Shown piece after piece: positions 53,801-64,000 of a stretch of 64,000 nucleotides of DNA. The stretch lies in the NCBI RefSeq assembly GCF_009914755.1, contig NC_060931.1, one strand, 5' to 3'. The notes beneath the pieces were generated by a model that searched no databases, was not told the origin of the DNA, and was given only the letters and a program-made list of their open reading frames with translations. A program made the position numbers and the translations under genes. The DNA comes from the human T2T-CHM13v2.0 reference genome, Homo sapiens. The number at the start of each line of letters is the position of its first letter. Position 1 is the stretch's first letter.

Positions 53801-56236
53801 ATGTGGCGACCTCCTACATTGTAGTGTGGCTAGAACCTAACAAGTCCGTCAGAGAGAGCAGTAAAAGAAGAGAGTGTGAGGACAGGCAGGGAATCTGCTC
53901 ACAGAGTGCTCAGCATGGCACAGCATAGAGCATGGATTTAACCCCTCCCTGGGGTGGCTTGGGCCGCCTGCTGCTTTCTTCCATTGGTCTTGCAGGTATA
54001 TTCTGACTTAGAGAAATCAGCCACCATAAATTATAAATATTTGAGAGACTCCAAAGGTGAAGAAGGGTGCAATGAAGACCTGGATTGTGTCCGATGGTGT
54101 TACCTGGAATGACTTCTGCAGTTATTCCAAGCACGTCTGTCTAGCTTGTGACGCCATGCAGCTAGGTGAATTTGCAAATGGTTTTGCATGAAAAGGGCCG
54201 GGATCTAGGGCAGCACAAACCCAGGCATAAGGCCTTATGTATAGGCCAGTATTTCAATGCAGAGCCTGTGACGGTCTTGGCAAGCTCAACCTGTGATGAT
54301 AACATAATGCCCAGTGCCAGATCAAACAACGCTTTATAGCCTCTTCCCACCCTGTGAGTTCCAGGAGGGAACCCTTAGGAGGACCAGCATCATCCCTCAG
54401 CCTCCGCTGCTGCTTCTGCCAGGGAGACAACATTTTCAAACATCTTTGCAGCACCTCCAACTGTGTCTTGCTGGGACAAGCTAAATCACTGAAGCTGTTT
54501 TAAAGTCCTCGGTCTCTGGCCCCATAAGAAAAGGGACGTACACAGCTCAACATTACTCTCTGCAGTATTTCCAAAGCTTTCTTATGGATTCTGAGCCATA
54601 GATTTGAGGCATAGCATGAAAGTCAGTTCTTGAATAGTCATTCGTTTTAAAAAAAAAATCTGATTAACATTCTATGGTTGAAGAGAATAAGTGGAATTAT
54701 TTTGTAAGGTCATTTTCTCATCTAATTTCAGGAATCAGTTCAAGGGGTCTGCAAACCCAAATCCTAATGGGGCCAGGCAGGAAATTTAAATGTGTGCATT
54801 GGGGAAGAGGCAAGGCAACAGAGAATAATAAAGGAATTTTATGGTAAGGGAAGAAGGCATATCCCACCAGAAACATTGTCTTTTTAACTGAAGTATCCAA
54901 ATTTGATCTAAAATAAGACTAAGTTGGCTTAAAAATATTGCTATATGGATTTTCTCCCTGCTGTCTCCTGCCTGCTATGTGACTCCCTGGTGGCACATAC
55001 AATTATAGAGACTTGACCGATCTCCATGTATTTCCTCTACCATCGCCTTTGAATGCCATCTGCATTTCTTTACCTCTCAGGGAAAAGCTACATTTATCAC
55101 CTTAGCCATGTTTTCCAAACTGGCCTTTTACATACATGATACTGATGCTTGAGAGCTATGCCACCATACTTCTCCCTTCCCATTCTAGAAATCTTTCCTC
55201 TGTGAAGGCCCAGATGTTTCCAGCAATCTATTATGGAATCCTGACTCACCCTAGAAATAATTGTGAAAGAGGCTATATATAAGGCAAGACCACATTGGAA
55301 ATTTAAAAGTAGCCAATTAAACAAGAAATGATGGTGTCTTAGGTAGAGCTTTCTAGAAATAGAAATATGATGTGCTGTGACTTGAAAAGGAACATCAGGA
55401 AGTGTACATATTCATGAGAACAAGCTGTGTGAGTAAGGGAGAAGTTTTCGCAGATAAGGTGTATCACAAAGTGATCACCATTACCAGACTCTAACGTTTA
55501 TTTGGCGAAACACTGAACACTGTCCTGTGAAGACTTTATAGGAAAGAATGATGACAAATCTCTCTCCCCACAAAAGAGGATTCTCCTCTTGAATTCTTAA
55601 AATTGCAGTTCTTAATGAAAGGATAGTATAAAGTACACAACTGCGAATAGCACAGACACATAGAAAGAAAGTCTTCCTCTATTTCACAGGCTGCTTGTAG
55701 GTTGATGGTCAAGTCATTCTGAGGAATCACATCTACAATCTGAGAATCAAATTAGATCCTAAAGGTTGACATCAGTGGTTCACTTGCATGATGACATGTC
55801 TCAGGCTCCTAAGATTGGAAAAGTGTAGTAGTGATATGCCCAAGGTCATATCATGAGTTCACAGGGGCCTGCACCCATTTCTCCCCTTCCACCAAAAGGA
55901 GGCTTCTCTTAGGCCAATTTACAAACAGCCCTTGAGTCATCAAATCCAACTATTAATCATTTTAAAAACTGAAACTGGATTGTTTTAAGAACTGGACCAT
56001 CAGTCTGATTCAGATTATCTCTAATATTTGTGTTTATCAACGTAAACTAAAATGTCTCACTTGATAACTAGTTACTCAGCATACCATTTGACCAAAACAT
56101 TTATATAGCTTTGGAAAATTATGATCTACATGTACACATTAGAAATAATAAGAGTTTGATAACTTTTAAATCCTTATTATTTCTATTATTGTTATTTTAG
56201 AAATTTAGACTTCATTTAAGCAAGATGGAAAAATGA

Positions 56237-56548
<312 letters not shown>

Positions 56549-56591
56549 TGATACTCTTTATGTCAGTTTAAATCATATCCTTATCCTATAA

Positions 56592-56865
<274 letters not shown>

Positions 56866-57239
56866 ATGAGATTTGTTTTGAGAGCCTTTCTAAGACTCTC
56901 TAAAAAGGATCTCAATAAAATGTGATTTATTTACAAGTCCAATAGCATCAAGTATAGAGCTTAAAGGAGAAGAACGAAAGCCGCCTGTCAAAAGCCGTTG
57001 TGCAAACCTCACCCTGCCAGCAAACCATGTGACACATGGTGCTCGTGCCACAGAGGGTGAGTCTCTTAAGTTCCAGTCGCCATCCCTGCGTGGTGACCAT
57101 TAAGTCAGATGAGGTGGACACCGATAAAGCATGGATTCAGCAGGACAAATGAACAAGATCAGCCCTCATATTGGGATAACATTTTGTCCAGTGCATGATT
57201 TGTCCTAATATCAAAATTATGATCATTATCTAGATAAGC

Positions 57240-58980
57240 ATAATAAAACTAACAGTAACAACGACTGAGTCACTGTGCCGGGGACATCTCTAAATTTTTT
57301 GTAAGTATCTTCTCCATTATTCCTCACAACAGCTGGCTGAAGTCAGTAGTATTTGCCTGCTGTATAAATGGGGGGAAACTGAGGCTGAGGGAAATCACTG
57401 TTGGCGTCTTTTTTTTTTAAGCTCAGCTGTCTTGCTCGAATTATTTTTGTAAATTCTGAATAAATGTTTTGTTTGAATGGTTTAAAATAATATTCAAGAA
57501 AGATACAGTGTGGGGTCTGGAAGCTTGGCAACTTCAAAGGTGTTAATAGCCTTTTTTTTTTTTTTTTCCTGAAAATCACACAGGACCCCTGTGTTTTGAA
57601 ATGGACTTACTGGCTGAACATTTTGTATGTGCCAGTGTTAGAACAACAACAACAAAAACCACCCCAGTCCTTACAGATGAGGTTGTTTTACCTCCCTTCT
57701 TACATTCTTAACTCTTTAAGGGGTAAAGATGGTCCATCCCTCCCGACAAACCTCAGAAGAGAAGACCTGTCCCCCACAACCCCACCTTCAGAGCTGCTCT
57801 GTGTGCAGATGCCCCTGGCCAGCTGAGGGCGCTGTGCAGAGCTCCTGGGCAGGCTGCCTGGAAGGTGCTGCATGGGGCAGGCTGGGGAGGGGGTGGTATG
57901 ATCATACTAATCCCTCAATCTGTGCATGATGCCTGCCCCGTAGTGTGGACGTTGCTAGAATGTGTGGGGTCCAGGGACCCTCAACATCTACAAAGTGTCC
58001 TGCACCTACAAGGTACAGTTCTGAAGCTGCCCACCTGGGTCCATATCCTCCTTGCTAGCTTCTGCAAGCCATTTAACCCCTTCTGGGCCACCTTTTCTTC
58101 ACCTGTAACATGGAACTACTATTACTAATAATAAAAACAGCAGTGATAATAACACCACGATACTCTTCAAAGGATTGGTGTGAGGTTTAAACAAAATATT
58201 GCATATGAAGCCCTTTCATCACAGCCTGACATACAGTATGCATTCAATAAACATTGACTATTTTTATAAATATTTAAAGGCAATTTCACAAAAGCATTCA
58301 GCAGAGCTCCTGGCTCACAGTAAGCATTGTAAGTGTTTTGTTTCTCTGTTTGGTGTTAGGATTATTTTTCCTGCCCTCACTATCCTCCTCTCTCGTTATA
58401 TGAGAGGGTGGAGTAGCATAAACAGCGTGGTCTTTGAAGTCAGACCAACCTGAGTTCAAATTCCAGCCCGGACACTCACTACCCGTGTGAACTGGGGAAG
58501 TTACATAATCCTGGCAGCTTCAGGATTCTGATCTGTGCCATGCAGCGATTACCTCCTACTTCAGAGCATTAAAGGAAAGAGACCCACACAGCCTGGTGCC
58601 TCGAGAGTACTCAAGAAACACTAGTCCCCATTCAGTATCTGTATCTCCATCTTCACCTGTGCTGCTTCTCCCTCAGGACACATTGGGTCAGCAGTCACAT
58701 GGCCTGGAGAATATATGGGACATCCTCTTTCTGCTATACTTGTGTTTTTCATCCTCACAATTGCCATCTGAGGCAGTGAAGAGTGTTAGTGATGCATCAC
58801 TATAGGATGCAATCACCATATAATGCAGGTAAGATGCAGTTAGGGTGCATTTTGAGCTTCTGGAATCTGAGGCTCAGAAAGGTTAAGTAACTTCTGCTTT
58901 GCTACACCACCCAGCTAGCAGCCAACAGGGCTGGATTCCATTTCACGTTTGTTTGACTCCAAAACCGTTGCCTTCTCACT
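57240..58980. mobile_element. Cluster of MIR fragments (about 57240-57400, 58030-58260, 58400-58620, 58740-58980)
   Basis: MIR core motifs, e.g. ggaaactgaggctgagg, tttgaagtcagaccaacctgagttcaaattcc, ctgaggctcagaaaggttaagtaactt. Confidence 0.65.
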
Positions 58981-59640
58981 ATCCCATATTGCCTCTTCTT
59001 GAGATCAGAAAATCTCTTTTTTCAATACCCAGTTGTAACTTTCCATCCTACCCCAGGTCAACCCCACGGAAGCCCCTGTGGCCCTCCTCAGTAGGAGAGA
59101 GAGTGGCTCATTCTTGGGGTGTGCACATCCACACAGCCTACAGTACAAGAGAAGAAGGGGGCACCTTCAGACTGTGTCATCGAAGGGAAAATTCCTGAAT
59201 TCTCTCAAATTGCATAGAATCCTGCAGCTATTCCTTCTGCTTGAAAGATCAAGGACGAGTCTCCTGATGGAAAGTATTCTTTTTGCCCAGGCATCTTTGT
59301 GAGGACTCTTTGGGGTGTGAATAACAGAAAACCCAATTCAAGCCAGCTTAAGGAAACAGTGATAAAACCCTCTGGCTCACATACAGGACACCCCAGGGCT
59401 AGGGCTGATTTTAGGCACAGCTTGGTGCAGGGCCTCATGGGAGTAACCAGCCCCAAGATTTCTCTCTCCATCTCTTGGCCCTGCTTCCTCTGGGTTGGCT
59501 GCATTTTCAGAACAAACTCTCCCTTTGTGGCGGATGGAATGGTGGCACCCAGAAAGATATATCACATCCAAATCCCTGGGATTTGTGAATGGTATATTAT
59601 TTGGAAAAGACGTAATTAAGTGAAGGATCTTAACATGGAA

Positions 59641-59743
59641 TTTTTTTTTTTTTTTGAGACGGTGTCTTGCTGACCTCAGGTCATCCGCCTGCCTCGGCCA
59701 CCCAAAGTGCTGGGATTACAGACGTGAACCATCACACCCGGCC
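59641..59743 (-). mobile_element. Internally deleted Alu (both ends retained)
   Basis: Poly-T and gagacggtgtcttgc joined to tgacctcagg...cccggcc; TSD tt(a/g)acatggaa. Confidence 0.9.
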
Positions 59744-59920
59744 TTGACATGGAATTATTCTATATTACCCAGGTGGGCCCTAAATCCAGTGACGGTTCAT
59801 TCTTATAGGAGATAGCAAAGACAGGAGGCCAAGCATGGTGGCTCACGCCTGTAATCCCAGCACTTTGGTAGCCCGAGGCGGGCGGATCATGAGGTCAGGA
59901 GATGGAGCCCATCCTGCCTA

Positions 59921-60887
<967 letters not shown>

Positions 60888-61895
60888 GCACCACTGCACT
60901 CCAGCCTCAGTGACAGAGCGAGACTCCATCTCAGGAAAAAAAAAAATAAAGAGAGACAGGAAGGGAGAGGACACAGATGGAAGAAGAGAAGACCTTGTGA
61001 AGATGGAGGCAGGGATGTGAGTGATGCAGTCACCAGCCAGGAAGTTGAATGAGGCAAGGAAAGCACTTTCCCTAGATCCTCTGGTGGGAGCTTACTGACA
61101 CCCTGATAAGGGATTTCTGGCCTCCAGAACTGTGAGAGAGTAGATTTCTATTGTTTCAAGTTACCAAGTTTTTAGGATTTTTTTTAAATAGCGGCCTCAA
61201 GAAACAAATCCAGTGGCATAGTATTGCAGTCACCCAGAGCTCACGTTCTCATAACTTTGAGTTAAAAAGAAGAGAGACAACCTTCTGGGTCTTTACAACA
61301 AAGTTGTAAGACTCACTTCGAAGGTGTTAAGCTAGTTTTGTGCTCATCCTAATAGTCTCTTTGGCCAGGGTCATTCCAGTTATGAGTTCTGCCTTTCACC
61401 CCAACTGAAGCCTTCAGCAGGCAACATGGGCAGAGTGAGGAAGAGGAATCCCCAAGCCAAGACCAGAGCTGTTGCCTGCTAAAAGAATGATACTTGGGAG
61501 AAAAACAACAAATGTTCACCACGCTCCTAAAACATCCACCCAGATGGAAGTGGAAGTCATAGTTGGTTGGTTTTACTCTCTGCATGGTCATTATTACTGT
61601 AATGTCCTATGAATACACTATTGGCATTTTGCAATTATTTGTCCTCTTCCAAACTTAGATGTTTGACATTCCTTCTGAAATTAAGAAATTTGTTTTCTTA
61701 TTAACCTTTCCCCTGTCTCATTTGTAACTCCTTACTCACCCAATACTTGATGTGAAGTTAGGGGCCCCTCCACAGCTGAACTGCAAGCTGCTTAGGTCAA
61801 TGCTGAGACTTAGTTCCACTGAACAGTTTTCATCTTATACCCAGAGATTTGATTTGTAATCTCACATTTCTCAAAAACGAAGTTTCTATATATAA

Positions 61896-62172
<277 letters not shown>

Positions 62173-62689
62173 TAGGGTGTGATGGCTGAACGGCCCCTAC
62201 AAGTACAAAAGAGGGTCTTGAGGCTGCTCTTGGTAAGCTGGGGGTGGAGATGGATTAAAAATTTGGTGAGTTTTTGCTGGAAATTTTCAGAGCTCTCACA
62301 TTATAACTGGAGCCAGGCAAAGTTAAGATAAGATTAGAAATTTTAAGTGTGAATAATTTTCTGAGTATTCGCCATCCCAGCAGCCACCAAACCCTGAGAG
62401 GTGATATTTGATATTTGTATTTTCCTCTAGCACATTTCCCTAGCACAAGGGGTGTGTGTTTGTGTTTGTGTGTATGAAGAAAGAGAGAGAGAGAGATGTT
62501 AGGTAGAGCACCTTCAATGTGCCAGCCTCTATACTATTTGGCAGAGACCTTGGCACAGAGTAAGTATTTTTGGTGTTATTAATGTTAATATTATTATTAA
62601 TAGTTAATTTAAGAGTCACAGAAACCTTATAAGATAAGGTTTATCTTATAAAAGATGACAGTTAAACTATGTTATAATATAAACATAGT

Positions 62690-62830
62690 TTAGCCCCATT
62701 TTATGCGTAAGAAAACTGAGCTGCAGAGAGGTCAATCAATGTATTTAAAGATGCATGGCTAATCAGATGTAGGCCTGGCCAGGATTTGAATTCAGGTCTG
62801 TCTGACTTTTGTGCTCCAAGCCCTTTCCTG
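62690..62830 (-). mobile_element. MIR
   Basis: ccccattttatgcgtaagaaaactgag...ccaggatttgaattcaggtctgtctgact. Confidence 0.8.
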
Positions 62831-62921
62831 TTGTCTGGTTCTCTCTCTCTCTGCATTCTGCATTCTGTAATTGCATTGTAAATTACTTCACTAAGAAAAT
62901 CATTCAAGATGGAAAGAATAA

Positions 62922-63333
<412 letters not shown>

Positions 63334-63334
63334 C

Positions 63335-64000
63335 TACAAATATATTATTAAAACTCATAAGAAACTTCAGTAAGCTTTTGGTGTATATTATTAGAATACA
63401 AAAATCAATAGCTTTCACAGATGCCAATAACAACCAACTAGAAATGGTTATTTATAAAAGTTGCTATTTGAAAATAGCCACAAAATGTATAAGGTATGCA
63501 GAAATACCTAACTAAATACTAACAAGACTAACTAAAGAATACTAACAAAAGATACGCAAGACAAATATGGAATAGATACATAGTAGATACTTTGTTATGA
63601 AACTAACAAAAGAGTATAAATTGAGTAATACACCATGTTCATGAATAAGAAGACTCAATGTCATAAATTTGTCTCTAAATTAATAGACAGTAGACTCCAT
63701 TATAATAAAAATTCAGATAAGCATTTAAAATAGCTTTGACAAGCTTAATCTCAAATTTATATTGAAGGATAGAGGGCCAAGAATACTTTAGAAGATTTTT
63801 AAAAATAATAACAATAATAGAGGACTCACTATGCAGAAAACAAGACCTTTATTAAGATTGTGTGGTAATAAACAGACTAATTGAAAGAATAGAAAGCTAG
63901 GAAATAGGCCTCCCAATATATGGAAACTTGGTTTTTGAGAGTAGTGACATTACAAATCATTGTGGGAAGAATGAGAGATTTAGTAAATGATAGTGTGATA
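63335..64000 (+). mobile_element. Old L1M ORF2 fragment running off the window
   Basis: atacaaaaatcaatagcttt..., ataccatgttcatgaataagaagactcaat, gacaagcttaatctcaaatttatattgaagg. Confidence 0.8.

Overview
Primate (human-like; catarrhine-type Alu subfamilies and an LTR12) euchromatic non-coding DNA, AT-rich, with no CpG island, no recognisable protein-coding gene, and no tRNA or rRNA. A large fraction is interspersed repeat: about 19 Alu/FLAM pieces, several old L1M fragments, an L1PB-like insert with a twin-priming 5' inversion, a complete two-LTR MST (MaLR) element, a solo LTR12, MLT1/LTR16/ERVL remnants, L2, MIR and DNA transposon relics (MER5, MER46C, MER63, MER81, MADE1). There are also microsatellites and a 47-bp VNTR. 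Most longer ORFs in the supplied track are repeat-derived. The most interesting non-repeat signal is a set of + strand exon-like segments (7598-7661, 14262-14334, 14728-, 52534-52606) suggesting a spliced lncRNA. The first three would splice into an open 72-140 aa frame from a strong-Kozak ATG. The best structural oddities are an inverted 138-bp templated insertion with 15-bp direct repeats inside the MST element and a four-level nested insertion (MLT1J>MLT1C>AluY>LTR12). I could not identify the locus. Repeat subfamily names are from memory of consensus sequences and need RepeatMasker/Dfam confirmation. I see no convincing evidence of a wholly new biological system.
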